This document shows positions 1 through 10,247 of a DNA stretch of 64,000 bases, one piece after another (the stretch's first letter is position 1; each line of letters starts with the position of its first letter). The translations under genes were made by a program, and so were the position numbers. The DNA lies in contig CAVXFX010000007.1 of the NCBI GenBank assembly GCA_963761205.1, forward strand, positions 64,726 through 128,725. The letters run 5' to 3'. Source of the stretch: an uncultured Actinomycetota bacterium. GTDB lineage: Bacteria; Actinomycetota; Actinomycetes; Propionibacteriales; Nocardioidaceae. The notes beneath the pieces are model-generated. The model was not told the DNA's origin. It saw only the letters and a program-made list of their open reading frames with translations, and did not search any database.

Positions 1-116
1 CGGAGCGCGCCATGCGGCTGCGGGCACCGCTGCCGTCCTCGCCCCTGGCCCTGCTGATCACCGTGGGCGTGGCGCTGACGGCGCTGACCGCCCTGCTGGT
101 CAGCCTCTTCTGGTGA
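1..116 (+). CDS. 3' end of a DUF202 (YidH-like) small membrane protein, truncated by the window edge
   Basis: In-frame hydrophobic tail ...LALLITVGVALTALTALLVSLFW. The TGA at 114-116 overlaps (GTGA) the GTG start of the next gene. Confidence 0.5.
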   Translation, partial: ERAMRLRAPLPSSPLALLITVGVALTALTALLVSLFW

Positions 117-433
117 GCGCTCCGGTGGTGCCCGGCACCCCGAACGAGCGCACCGCACTGGCCTGGCAGCGCACCGCCCTGTCGCTGATGGTGGCCGCCG
201 TGGCCGTGGTCCGGCTGACGTTCGGCGACCTGGGCCCGGTCGCGCTGGTCGTGCTCGCCTGCTCGCTGCCGCTGGCCGCCTGGGTGCTCGTGGAGAGCCG
301 CCTGCGCTACCGGGACCGGGCGGAGGTCGCGAAGCGTCGTCGCGCCCACGACGGGCTGGCCGGCCTGGTGCTGACGATCGTCCTGGCCTCGCTGGCACTC
401 ACCGAGCTGGCCGCGATCGTGCACTCCGCCTGA
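113..433 (+). CDS. DUF202 domain membrane protein (YidH-like)
   Basis: 106 aa with a GTG start. 'NERTALAWQRTALS' motif followed by hydrophobic helices. Confidence 0.75.
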   Translation: MSAPVVPGTPNERTALAWQRTALSLMVAAVAVVRLTFGDLGPVALVVLACSLPLAAWVLVESRLRYRDRAEVAKRRRAHDGLAGLVLTIVLASLALTELAAIVHSA

Positions 434-459
434 GCCGCACGCCGGGCGACGGCTGCCCG

Positions 460-675
460 CTAGCCGGCCGACGCCACCCGGACCGCCCGGGGACCCAGCT
501 CGACGACGTCGCCCGGGACCAGCTGGCGCCCGCGGCGGGTCTCGACCTCACCGTTGACGGTGACCGAGCCCTGAACCATCAGCTCCTTGGCGTCGGAGCC
601 GCTGTCGATCAGGTTGGCCAGCTTCAGGAACTGCCCCAGTCGGATCGAGTCGTCCCGGATCGGTACCTCGTCCAT
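460..675 (-). CDS. S4-domain RNA-binding protein (YbcJ-like)
   Basis: 71 aa. 'IRLGQFLKLANLIDSGSDAKELMVQGSVTVNGEVETRRGRQLVPGDVV' is a typical small S4 fold. Confidence 0.8.
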   Translation of the reverse strand: MDEVPIRDDSIRLGQFLKLANLIDSGSDAKELMVQGSVTVNGEVETRRGRQLVPGDVVELGPRAVRVASAG

Positions 676-685
676 GTCGTCTCCT

Positions 686-1942
686 CTAGATCGCCAGCGA
701 GACCGCGTGGATGATGACGCCCACCAGCCCGCCGACGATGGTGCCGTTGATCCGGATGAACTGGAGGTCGCGCCCGACGTGCAGCTCGATCTTGCGCGCC
801 GCCTCGCGTCCGTCCCAGCGCTCGATGGTGTGGGTGATGACGGTGGTCAGCTCGTCGCCGTAGCGGCCGACCGCCCAGACCGCGAAGTCTGCTCCCCAGG
901 TCTCCAGCTTCGCGCGGAGTACGTCGTCTCGACCGATCCGCTCCCCGAAGGCGACCAGCTCCCGGGCCGCCCGCTCGCGCAGCGGCCCGTCGGCGTCCTC
1001 CAGGGCATCCATCAGCGCCGTACGGAACGCGCTCCACAGCGACATGCCGGTGGTGACCATCTGGGGCTGCTCGAGCACCCTCAGCTTCAGCTTCTCGGCC
1101 CGTTCCTGGGTCGAGGGATCGTTGAGCAGGTCGTGGGCCAGCTGACGCAGCAGGCTGTCCAGCGCCTTGCGGGCGTGGTGCTCCGGGTCGCGCCGGATGT
1201 CGGCGATCCACCGGATCGCCTCGAGGTGCAGCCTGCTCGTGACGGCCTCGTTGAGCCGGTCGGGTGCCCACCAGGGAGCCCGTTCCCCCAGCACGTCGGC
1301 GAAGGTCTCCTGGTTGTGCACCAGCCACCGGTGACCCTCCTCCAGCGCCAGGTCGACCAGTCCGTGGTGGGCGTCGTCGGCCACGATCTCCTGGAGCAGT
1401 CCCCCGGCCACCGGGGAGATCGGCTCGGCCATGAAGCGCGGGATCAGCACCTCCCGGACCACCGAGGCGACGTCGTCGTCGCGCAGCTTGCGCAGCCCGA
1501 TCGCGACGACCGTGGCGCTCTCCTCGACCACGCGACCAGCGTTGGCCGGGTCTGTGAGCCACTCCCCCACGCGTCGGGAGACGTCGGCTGCGTCGAGGCG
1601 CTCGCGGATCACCGTCTCCTGCAGGAAGTTCTCGGCGAAGAACTCCTCGAGGCTCTTGCCGAACTCGTCCTTCTTGCGCGGGATGAGGGCGGTGTGCGGG
1701 ATCGGCAGCCCCAACGGGTGCCGGAACAGCGCCGTGACGGCGAACCAGTCCGCGATGGCGCCGACCATGCTGGCCTCGGCCCCGGCGTTGACGAACCCGA
1801 GAAACCCGGTGCGGTCCAGCGTCAGGAGGTAGACGACGGCCGCGAACAGCAGCAGGCCGAGGGCGACCGACTGCATTCGGCGCAGCCGGGTGCGCCGTAC
1901 GCCGTCGGCCTCGGTGTCGGGGGTCATCAGGGAATCGGTCAT
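686..1942 (-). CDS. DUF445 family membrane protein
   Basis: 418 aa. N-terminal TM segment and 'ADWFAVTALFRHPLGLPIPHTALIP' hallmark. The C-terminal segment is hydrophobic. Confidence 0.8.
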   Translation of the reverse strand: MTDSLMTPDTEADGVRRTRLRRMQSVALGLLLFAAVVYLLTLDRTGFLGFVNAGAEASMVGAIADWFAVTALFRHPLGLPIPHTALIPRKKDEFGKSLEEFFAENFLQETVIRERLDAADVSRRVGEWLTDPANAGRVVEESATVVAIGLRKLRDDDVASVVREVLIPRFMAEPISPVAGGLLQEIVADDAHHGLVDLALEEGHRWLVHNQETFADVLGERAPWWAPDRLNEAVTSRLHLEAIRWIADIRRDPEHHARKALDSLLRQLAHDLLNDPSTQERAEKLKLRVLEQPQMVTTGMSLWSAFRTALMDALEDADGPLRERAARELVAFGERIGRDDVLRAKLETWGADFAVWAVGRYGDELTTVITHTIERWDGREAARKIELHVGRDLQFIRINGTIVGGLVGVIIHAVSLAI

Positions 1943-2061
1943 CGCAGGGAGAACCTATCGACCCAACCCTCCACCGCGGCAGGTCACCGGGAACAAAGAC
2001 CCATCCGTTTCGCTTCAGGCTTCGAACCACCTGCACAACGCCGATCCGAGGAGACACCCAC

Positions 2062-2544
2062 GTGCCGACCCTGAACGACTTCACCGCCCGGACCATCACC
2101 GGCGAGGAGCAGCCGCTCGACGCCTACCAGGGCAAGGTGGCACTGGTGGTGAACACCGCCTCGCGGTGCGGCTTCACCCCGCAGTTCGAGGGCCTCGAGC
2201 AGCTGCACCAGCAGTACGCCGACAAGGGCCTCGCCGTGCTGGGCTTCCCCAGCAACCAGTTCGGCGAGCAGGACCCCGGCTCCAACGACGAGATCGGCGC
2301 CTTCTGCCAGAAGAACTACGGCGTCAGCTTCGCGATGTTCGAGAAGGTCGACGTCAACGGCGACGACGCCCACCCGCTCTACCAGTGGCTGCGCGGCGAG
2401 AAGGGCGGTCTCCTCGGCGAGAAGATCAAGTGGAACTTCACCAAGTTCCTCGTCGGCCGCGACGGTGCGGTGATCAAGCGCTACGGCTCGACGACGAAGC
2501 CGGAGAAGATCGCCCGGGACATCGAGAAGGCGCTGGCCGCCTGA
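2062..2544 (+). CDS. glutathione peroxidase (Cys-type, BtuE-like)
   Basis: GTG start after GAGGAGA. Motifs 'NTASRCGFTPQF', 'LGFPSNQFGEQDPG' and 'WNFTKFL'. Confidence 0.92.
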   Translation: MPTLNDFTARTITGEEQPLDAYQGKVALVVNTASRCGFTPQFEGLEQLHQQYADKGLAVLGFPSNQFGEQDPGSNDEIGAFCQKNYGVSFAMFEKVDVNGDDAHPLYQWLRGEKGGLLGEKIKWNFTKFLVGRDGAVIKRYGSTTKPEKIARDIEKALAA

Positions 2545-2615
2545 TCGGCCCCTGCGGGACGGGTGGTACCAGGCGGTAACGTGGCCAGCACGTCCGCCGG
2601 TAGTCAGGAGTCCCG

Positions 2616-3776
<1,161 letters not shown>

Positions 3777-3799
3777 GGCCCGACGAGAGGGACTGGAAC

Positions 3800-4900
3800 A
3801 TGGACTTCACACTCGATGGCGAGCAGACCGCGCTGCGCGACGCCGTACGCGCGCTGCTCAAGGGGTACGACGCGGAGCACCGCCGGGAGGTCGTCGCCGA
3901 GGACCCGGGCTTCGACGAGGCGATGTGGGGCCGGCTGGCCGAGATGGGCGTGCTCGGCCTCCCGTTCGCCGAGGACGACGGCGGGATGGGGGCCGGCCCG
4001 GTCGAGGTGTCGGTCGTCGCCGAGGAGTTCGGCCGGGTGATCGCCCCCGAGCCGTTCGTCGAGGCGGTCGTGCTGGCCGGTGGCCTGGTGGCGGCCTGCG
4101 GCAGCGACGAGCAGCGCAAGGAGGTGCTGGGCGGCCTGTCCTCCGGCGAGCTGGTCCCCGCGTTCGCCTGGTCCGACCCCAGCGGCGGCGAGGGCGGCGT
4201 CACCGTCGACGCCGGCGACACCCTGACCGGAGTCAAGGAACCGGTGCTGGGTGGCGGCCGAGCCGACGTCCTGGTCGTCTTCGCCGAGGGCAGGCTGTTC
4301 CTGGTCGACGGCGCCGACACCGAGCGCACCTCCTACGCCACCTTCGACGGCGGCCGCGCCGCCCGGGTGGCCTTCGACAAGACCCCGGCCACCCCGCTCG
4401 GCGACGGCGCTGATGCCACCGAGGCGACCAAGGACGTCATCGCGGCCGCGACCGTTGCCTACTGTCACGAGGCGCTGGGCGCGATGGACACGGCCCTGCG
4501 GCTGACCACGGACTACCTGACCACACGCAAGCAGTTCGGGGTCACGCTGAACCGGTTCCAGTCGCTGACCTTCCGCGCGGCCGACATGTACACCTCCCTG
4601 GAGCTGACCCGCAGCATCGTCACGTGGGCCACGATGGTGCTCGCGGACGAGGCGTCCACGCCCGAGCGCAAGCGCGAGGCCGCGGCCCGGGCGAAGCTGC
4701 AGGTCAGCCGCGCGGGACGGCACGTGGGCCAGGAGGCCATCCAGCTGCACGGGGGCATCGGGATGACGGCCGAGTTCATCGTCGGCCACCTCACCGCGCG
4801 CCTGACCGCGATCGACCACCTGCTCGGGGACGGCCGCCAGCAGGTGAAGAACCTCTCGCGGCGACTGACTTCCTACGGCGTGGTCGAGCCGCTGCCCTGA
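3800..4900 (+). CDS. acyl-CoA dehydrogenase family protein (second subunit/paralog)
   Basis: ATG at 3800, 23 nt after the upstream stop. Motifs 'GLPFAEDDGGMG' and 'AIQLHGGIGMTAEF'. The ORF-track start at 3185 overlaps the previous CDS in another frame and is rejected. Confidence 0.85.
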   Translation: MDFTLDGEQTALRDAVRALLKGYDAEHRREVVAEDPGFDEAMWGRLAEMGVLGLPFAEDDGGMGAGPVEVSVVAEEFGRVIAPEPFVEAVVLAGGLVAACGSDEQRKEVLGGLSSGELVPAFAWSDPSGGEGGVTVDAGDTLTGVKEPVLGGGRADVLVVFAEGRLFLVDGADTERTSYATFDGGRAARVAFDKTPATPLGDGADATEATKDVIAAATVAYCHEALGAMDTALRLTTDYLTTRKQFGVTLNRFQSLTFRAADMYTSLELTRSIVTWATMVLADEASTPERKREAAARAKLQVSRAGRHVGQEAIQLHGGIGMTAEFIVGHLTARLTAIDHLLGDGRQQVKNLSRRLTSYGVVEPLP

Positions 4901-6940
4901 TCAGCCGCCGAACCAGAACCCGCGGCCGCCGTACCAGTCGCTGAGGTGCTCGGGACCGCTGCTTCGCCCGGTGCGACCGCCGAGGTAGCTGCCGACCACG
5001 GCGGCTCCGAGGTCGTCGAGCTCGGGAGAGACCACCCGGCCGTCGACCCGCTTGGCGAGCTGGTCCAGGAACCGCGCCAGGCCGGGGTCCTCACCGAGCC
5101 GGAAGATCGTCGTCTGGGCGCCGAGGCGGGCCGCGTTGTCCAGCTCGCGCACCGACCAGGCGACCGTGAGCGGGTGCGGCGGGTAGGAGAAGAAGACCTC
5201 GCCGTCGGGTTCGAGGTGGCTGGTCGGCTCGCCGTCGGTGACGATCAGCAGCACCGGCTGGGCGGTGGGGTGCTTGCGGAAGTGTCGGTTGGCCAGCAGC
5301 AGCGCGTGATGCAGGTTGGTGCCCTTGTCCCACATGGCGTCCAGGGCCGTCAGCTGTTCGATCTCCATCACGTGGGCGGACCTGCCGAAGCCGATCACTT
5401 GGAGATGGTCGCCGCGGAACCTGCTGGTGATCAACTGGTGCAGGGCGAGCGCAGTGCGCTTCATCGGCACCCAGCGGTTGGCCATCGCCATCGAGAACGA
5501 GGTGTCCACCAGCAGGGCGACCGCCGCCCGGGTGCGCGCCTCGGTCTCGTTGACCTCGACGTCGCGGATGTCCAGACGGAGCCCGGAGCGGGCGTCTCGA
5601 CCCTCGCCGGCAGTCCTGACCACGGCGTTGGTCACCGTCCGGGTCACGTTCCACGGCTCGGTGTCCCCGAACGTCCACTCGCGGGTGGCGCCGCTGAGCT
5701 CTCCGGCCGCCCCGGCGTGCCGCAGGTCGCGCTGACCCTGGCGTCCCGACATCCGGTTGGCGACGTCGCGCAGCAGCGCCCGGCCGAGCTGCCGCATCGC
5801 CTTGGGCGAGAGCTTCAGCTGCCCGTCCGAGCCGCGCTTGAGGTAACCGGTCTCGTTCAGCGCTCGCTCGAGCCCGGCCAGCGTGCGGGCGTCGACTCCG
5901 GCCGTCTCGCCGAGCTGCCTCTCGAGGAGCTCGAGGTCGACGTCCTCCATCCGGGCGCCGCCGTAGGACTGCGAGAGCTGCTCGGCGAGGTCGTCGAGCT
6001 CGGCGAGGTCCTGCAGCACGCCCGTCCCGTCGCCCAGCCCGAGTCCCTCCTCGCCGCCGAACTCCTCGGCGCCGCCCCAGTCCTCACCGGGGCGGAGGGC
6101 GCGCAGGTTGTCGTCGAGCTGGGACAGCGACTGCATCAGCTCCGGTGAGCCGAACGCCTGCGCAGCCAGGGCATCGAGCTCGTCGCGCTGCTCCTGGGTC
6201 ATCGAGTTGCGCATCCGCTGCGCCGCCGCCGCGCGCTGGGCGAGCGCGTCCATCAGCTCGTCGATGTTGCTGGGGTTCTCCGGGAAGAAGTCGCCGTGCT
6301 TGTCCATGAAGTCCGCGAAGTCCCGGTCGACCTCCGCCGCGTCCTCGCTGGTCGCCGCGAGGCGATGCTTCTCGAGCAGCCGGTTGAGGTCCGCCAGCAT
6401 CTCGTTGATAGCCGCGCGGTCCTCGTCGGTGGCGTTCTCCAGGGCCTGCTTCATGCCCTTGAACCGCTGGTCGAGCAGCTCCCGGCCGAGCAGGTCCTTG
6501 ATCTTCTCGTAGTCCGCCCGCGCCTCGGAGCTGCGCCAGTCGTAGCCGCCGAGCTCGGTGACGGCGGCCGCCGTGCTCGCCGGGAGGTTCTCGATCTGCA
6601 TCTCGGCGAAGCGGGCGTCCTCGTCGAGATCGCGGGCCAGCTGCTTGCGCTCGCTGAGGACGGCGTGCTCGAGCAGCTCACGCACCTCCTGCAGGGTGCC
6701 GTCGAGGTTGTGCCGGCTGAGCAGCTCCCGCCGCTTGGCGGCCACCCGACGGGCGAGGTCGTCCAGCCCGCGCTGGTCCTTGCCACCGCGGCGGAGGAAC
6801 TCGCGCATCGCCCGCTCCGGCGAGTAGCCCGCCATCACGTCCTCACCGATGGAGTCCAGCGCCTCGGCCAGGTCGACCGGTGGGGCGAGCGGGTCCGGGC
6901 CGCCGGCGTAGCGGCCGTAGCGGGTGCGGGCCCTAGCCAT
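4901..6940 (-). CDS. VWA domain-containing protein (partner of the upstream AAA+ ATPase)
   Basis: ATG at 6940 overlaps the upstream stop by 8 nt. The C-terminal VWA has the MIDAS-like 'LVDTSFSM' and 'LLIVTDGEPT'. Confidence 0.8.
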   Translation of the reverse strand: MARARTRYGRYAGGPDPLAPPVDLAEALDSIGEDVMAGYSPERAMREFLRRGGKDQRGLDDLARRVAAKRRELLSRHNLDGTLQEVRELLEHAVLSERKQLARDLDEDARFAEMQIENLPASTAAAVTELGGYDWRSSEARADYEKIKDLLGRELLDQRFKGMKQALENATDEDRAAINEMLADLNRLLEKHRLAATSEDAAEVDRDFADFMDKHGDFFPENPSNIDELMDALAQRAAAAQRMRNSMTQEQRDELDALAAQAFGSPELMQSLSQLDDNLRALRPGEDWGGAEEFGGEEGLGLGDGTGVLQDLAELDDLAEQLSQSYGGARMEDVDLELLERQLGETAGVDARTLAGLERALNETGYLKRGSDGQLKLSPKAMRQLGRALLRDVANRMSGRQGQRDLRHAGAAGELSGATREWTFGDTEPWNVTRTVTNAVVRTAGEGRDARSGLRLDIRDVEVNETEARTRAAVALLVDTSFSMAMANRWVPMKRTALALHQLITSRFRGDHLQVIGFGRSAHVMEIEQLTALDAMWDKGTNLHHALLLANRHFRKHPTAQPVLLIVTDGEPTSHLEPDGEVFFSYPPHPLTVAWSVRELDNAARLGAQTTIFRLGEDPGLARFLDQLAKRVDGRVVSPELDDLGAAVVGSYLGGRTGRSSGPEHLSDWYGGRGFWFGG

Positions 6941-8354
6941 ACACGGTCTCGCCGTCGGCCGTGTCCTTGCTGACCTTCTGGGCCAGGAACAGTCCCTCCA
7001 GCGCCAGCTCGATGGCCCCGGCGCGCTCGCCGTCGTTGGTGGCGTCGAGCCGGTCGCAGACCTCGTCGTACACCTCCGACTCGCCAAGCACGGGCAGGCC
7101 GGTGAGGAAGTCGCGGGCGGTGACCTGCTCGCCGGTAGTGATGCTCGCCCCGTTCTCGATCGCGTGCACCAGCAGACCCAGGTCGAGGCCGGCCAGGCGC
7201 GAGCGCACCGTCTCGGCGGTGGCCTTGCGGAGCAGGTGCTCGAGGACCTGGGCCTCGCGACCCTCCTCACCGGTCTCGAACTCGACCTTGCCGCCGAGCA
7301 CGTCGATCGCGGTCTCGAGGTCGACGACCCTGGCCACGGCGTGGTCCTCGCCCTGGGAGGTGGCGCGGTGCAGCGCGGCGGCAGCGATCGTCTCGGCACC
7401 GGCGATCGCGAAGCGGGCCGAGACCCCGGAGCGTTGGTCGACCGAGCTGGAGGCCCGCAGCGCGCGGGTGAAGCGAGCGAGGATCTCCACGAGATGGTCG
7501 GGTACGTCGGCGACCAGCCGCGCCTCCTGGCGGATCACGGCGATCTCGTCGTCGAGCTCGACCGGGTAATGGGTGCGGATCTCCGCGCCGAAGCGGTCCT
7601 TGAGCGGGGTGATGATCCGCCCACGGTTGGTGTAGTCCTCGGGGTTGGCGCTGGCGACGACCAAGGTGTCCAGCGGCAGTCGGAGCACGTAGCCCCGGAT
7701 CTGGATGTCGCGCTCCTCCATCACGTTGAGCATCGCCACCTGGATCCGCTCGGCGAGGTCCGGCAGCTCGTTGATGGCCACGATCCCCCGGTGGGAGCGG
7801 GGAATCAGGCCGAAGTGGATGGTCTCCGGGTCGCCCAGGTGTCGGCCCTCCGCGACCTTCATCGGGTCCACGTCACCGATCAGGTCGGCCACGCTGGTGT
7901 CGGGGGTGGCCAGCTTCTCGGCGTACCGCTCGTCGCGGTGGCGCCACTCGACGGGCAGCTGGTCCCCGAGCTCGACCGCACGCCGCTTCGACTCGTGGGT
8001 GATCGGCGCGTACGGGTGCTCGCCCAGGTCGGCGCCCGCGATCACGGGCGTCCACTCATCGAGCAGTCCGACGAGGGTGCGCAGCAGCCGGGTCTTGCCC
8101 TGCCCCCGCTCACCGAGCAGCACGATGTCGTGGCCGGCCAGCAGGGCCCGCTCGAGCTGGGGGATGACCGTGGACCCGAAGCCGTGGAGTCCGGGCCACG
8201 GATCACGCCCCTCCCGCAAGGCGGCGAGCAGGTTGCCCCGCAGCTCCTCGCGCAGCGACTGCTGCTCGTGCCCGCTGGCACGAAGCTCTCCGAGAGTGCT
8301 GACGGCGGGTGCGGTGGTGGTCACCTCGTCCACGCTACTCAGCCTGACAATCAT
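6933..8354 (-). CDS. ChlI/BchI-MoxR-like AAA+ ATPase
   Basis: ATG at 8354 lies in an ATGA overlap with the HNH gene stop. Walker A 'GERGQGKT', Walker B 'GIVAINELPD', and 'VVASANPEDYTNRGRIITPLKDRF'. Confidence 0.85.
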   Translation of the reverse strand: MIVRLSSVDEVTTTAPAVSTLGELRASGHEQQSLREELRGNLLAALREGRDPWPGLHGFGSTVIPQLERALLAGHDIVLLGERGQGKTRLLRTLVGLLDEWTPVIAGADLGEHPYAPITHESKRRAVELGDQLPVEWRHRDERYAEKLATPDTSVADLIGDVDPMKVAEGRHLGDPETIHFGLIPRSHRGIVAINELPDLAERIQVAMLNVMEERDIQIRGYVLRLPLDTLVVASANPEDYTNRGRIITPLKDRFGAEIRTHYPVELDDEIAVIRQEARLVADVPDHLVEILARFTRALRASSSVDQRSGVSARFAIAGAETIAAAALHRATSQGEDHAVARVVDLETAIDVLGGKVEFETGEEGREAQVLEHLLRKATAETVRSRLAGLDLGLLVHAIENGASITTGEQVTARDFLTGLPVLGESEVYDEVCDRLDATNDGERAGAIELALEGLFLAQKVSKDTADGETVYG

Positions 8355-9616
8355 GGTCGTCGGTGGAAGCGGATGCCGTCGGGTGCGGGTTGGTGGATGT
8401 AGCCGTGGTCGTGGATGCGTTGGTGGTGGAAGTGGCAGAGCGGGACTGCCTGATCGAGATCGGTTCGGCCTCCTCGATGCCATGGCTGCCGGTGGTGGAG
8501 CTCGCACCAGGCGAAGGGTCTTTCGCAGCCGTCGGCGGCGCAGGTCTGGTGCTTGATGCCGATGGCGAGGCGTTGGGGTTCGGAGAAGAGCCGGTTCTCG
8601 CGGCCGAGGTCGAGGGCCACCGACTTCGAACCGAGGACGGCGGGCAGGATCCCGGCACCGCAGGCCAGGCGGCGGGCCTCGCCGGCGGAGATGATCTCCC
8701 CGGAGTCCAGGCCGGCGGTCCTCAACGCACCCCGCAGGACGGTGTGGTCGATGGTGACGACCACGGTGGCCGCGGTCTTCGGGTGCAGGTGGTCGGTGGG
8801 CAGGTGCTCGAGGAGCTCTGCAAAGGCCACGCCGCGGCGGTGCCGCCAGTCGAAGGCGCGGTCGCTCCCGTGGCCGGGGTCGGTCGAGGCCCGCATCCGT
8901 CGTGGTGCGGTCATCGACTCGATGACCTTGCGGAGCACGGCGGCGGCCAGGGTGGGGACGGTGAAGTGGCCGGTGATGGTGCCGTCCTGGTTGTCGTGGA
9001 AGGTCAGTGTGCACTTCTCGCGGGCGGCTTCCTCCTCGGAGCGCACCAGGTCGTTCTCGTGGGCGTCGACGAGCGCCTGGTCGGGCTCGACCGCCTCGAT
9101 GGCACGCCTGGCGAGGCGGCGCAGCTGGTCGGGGCTGAACCGCTCGGCCTTCTCGACCAGGGCTGACTCGACGGCCGCACGCTGCTCGGCACTGACCCCG
9201 GCCGGCAGCTGGTCGGCGGCGTGGAGGATGACCGCGGCGTGGGCGGGGGAGACCAGGCCCTCCTCCAGCGCCTGCGCGGTGGCGTCGTGCCCGCTGCTGA
9301 GTTCCGTGGCCAGCGCGACCTCGCGGGCTGCGTGGCTGCGGGAGGTGTTGGTGTGCCGGGCGGTCCAGGCGTCGGTGCCGCAGAACCCGGCCGCCCGGGC
9401 GGCCCCGGCCCGGTCCGCGGCCGCGAGCATCTTGAGCTTCACCGCCTCCACCCGGCGGATGATCCGCTCCAGCGCCCGGACCGCGGTCGCGTGCTCCCCG
9501 CTGACCAGGGCCGTGCCCGCGTCACCCAGCATCCGGTCCAGGGCCGCGTCGATCTCGGCCACGCCCGCGAGCACCGGTTGTCCGGTGTCGGGGTGCAGGT
9601 CGGGGGTTGCGGTCAT
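8351..9616 (-). CDS. DUF222 / HNH endonuclease (REP13E12-like family)
   Basis: 421 aa. The C-terminal HNH is 'CAADGCERPFAWCELHHRQPWHRGGRTDLDQAVPLCHFHHQRIH'. The N-terminal region is DUF222-like. Confidence 0.9.
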   Translation of the reverse strand: MTATPDLHPDTGQPVLAGVAEIDAALDRMLGDAGTALVSGEHATAVRALERIIRRVEAVKLKMLAAADRAGAARAAGFCGTDAWTARHTNTSRSHAAREVALATELSSGHDATAQALEEGLVSPAHAAVILHAADQLPAGVSAEQRAAVESALVEKAERFSPDQLRRLARRAIEAVEPDQALVDAHENDLVRSEEEAAREKCTLTFHDNQDGTITGHFTVPTLAAAVLRKVIESMTAPRRMRASTDPGHGSDRAFDWRHRRGVAFAELLEHLPTDHLHPKTAATVVVTIDHTVLRGALRTAGLDSGEIISAGEARRLACGAGILPAVLGSKSVALDLGRENRLFSEPQRLAIGIKHQTCAADGCERPFAWCELHHRQPWHRGGRTDLDQAVPLCHFHHQRIHDHGYIHQPAPDGIRFHRRP

Positions 9617-9622
9617 GACTCA

Positions 9623-9651
9623 ATTCTGAAACGAACACATGTTCGAGTCAA
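9623..9651 (-). promoter_or_regulatory. putative promoter with an embedded LexA (SOS) box
   Basis: On the minus strand: TTGACT (9646-9651), a 17-nt spacer, CAGAAT (9623-9628), then 6 nt to the ATG. The spacer holds aCGAAC-ACAT-GTTCGA (9631-9646), an 11/12 match to the actinobacterial TCGAAC-N4-GTTCGA box. Confidence 0.6.
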
Positions 9652-9824
9652 GCGGTGGATCGCACCTGTGGAGAACTTTCACGGATTCGCATCTGCCACC
9701 CGCCCTCCGCACGCCCGGACCCCTACGGGCTGGGGAGTACGACGCCCGCTGCGGCTGGCTCGACCGCGGCGAGGCGTACTCGACGTCGCCCGAGCAGCTG
9801 ACGCGGCCCCGGTCCGCCGAACTC

Positions 9825-10178
9825 TCAGGACGGGGCGCAGGTCTTCGTGATGTAGGTGTCGAAGGCGTCGAGGTGGGCGCGGTCGGTCTTGTTCAGCTTC
9901 TCGATCTTCTTCACCAGCGCCTCACGGCTCTTGGCGGCATCGGTGTAGCCGACCAGCTCCTCGAAGCCCGTGCGGGCGTCCTTCGAGATGCCCTTGGGGG
10001 TGCCGATGTCCTTCAGGTCGGCGACCGACTTCTTGGTCTTGCTCCAGGACTTCTCGCTGTTGACCTTCTTCAGCTGGGCGCAGAAGTCCTTCTTGGAGGC
10101 GTCCTCGGGAGGGCCCCCGCATCCGCTCAGCAGGGCTGCGCTGGTCACGACGGCGATGACTGCGGTGGCAGGCTTCAT
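9825..10178 (-). CDS. small lipoprotein, unknown function
   Basis: Start at 'MKPATAVIAVVTSAALLSGCGG' (lipobox LSGC). The mature part is Lys-rich and helical-looking. Confidence 0.65.
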   Translation of the reverse strand: MKPATAVIAVVTSAALLSGCGGPPEDASKKDFCAQLKKVNSEKSWSKTKKSVADLKDIGTPKGISKDARTGFEELVGYTDAAKSREALVKKIEKLNKTDRAHLDAFDTYITKTCAPS

Positions 10179-10247
10179 GTCGGGCCTTCCTGTTGGGGGG
10201 TGGTCAGCACACCAGCAACGCCGGTGCGCACGCAAACGGGTGCAGTC

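Noticed and set aside
587-2099. 495-aa (+) and 491-aa (-) ORFs overlapping the DUF445 gene.
   Set aside because: They are Arg/Pro/Gly-rich with no motifs. Such shadow ORFs are typical of ~70% GC DNA. The 686-1942 minus-frame product has clear DUF445 motifs.
4901-8354. AAA+/VWA pair as a MoxR-vWA type conflict/defence system.
   Set aside because: It is only the two-gene ChlI-like/VWA core. I see no associated effector, beta-propeller or VMAP-type genes. This pair type is widespread and syntenic in actinobacteria, so I treat it as housekeeping apart from the SOS linkage noted above.
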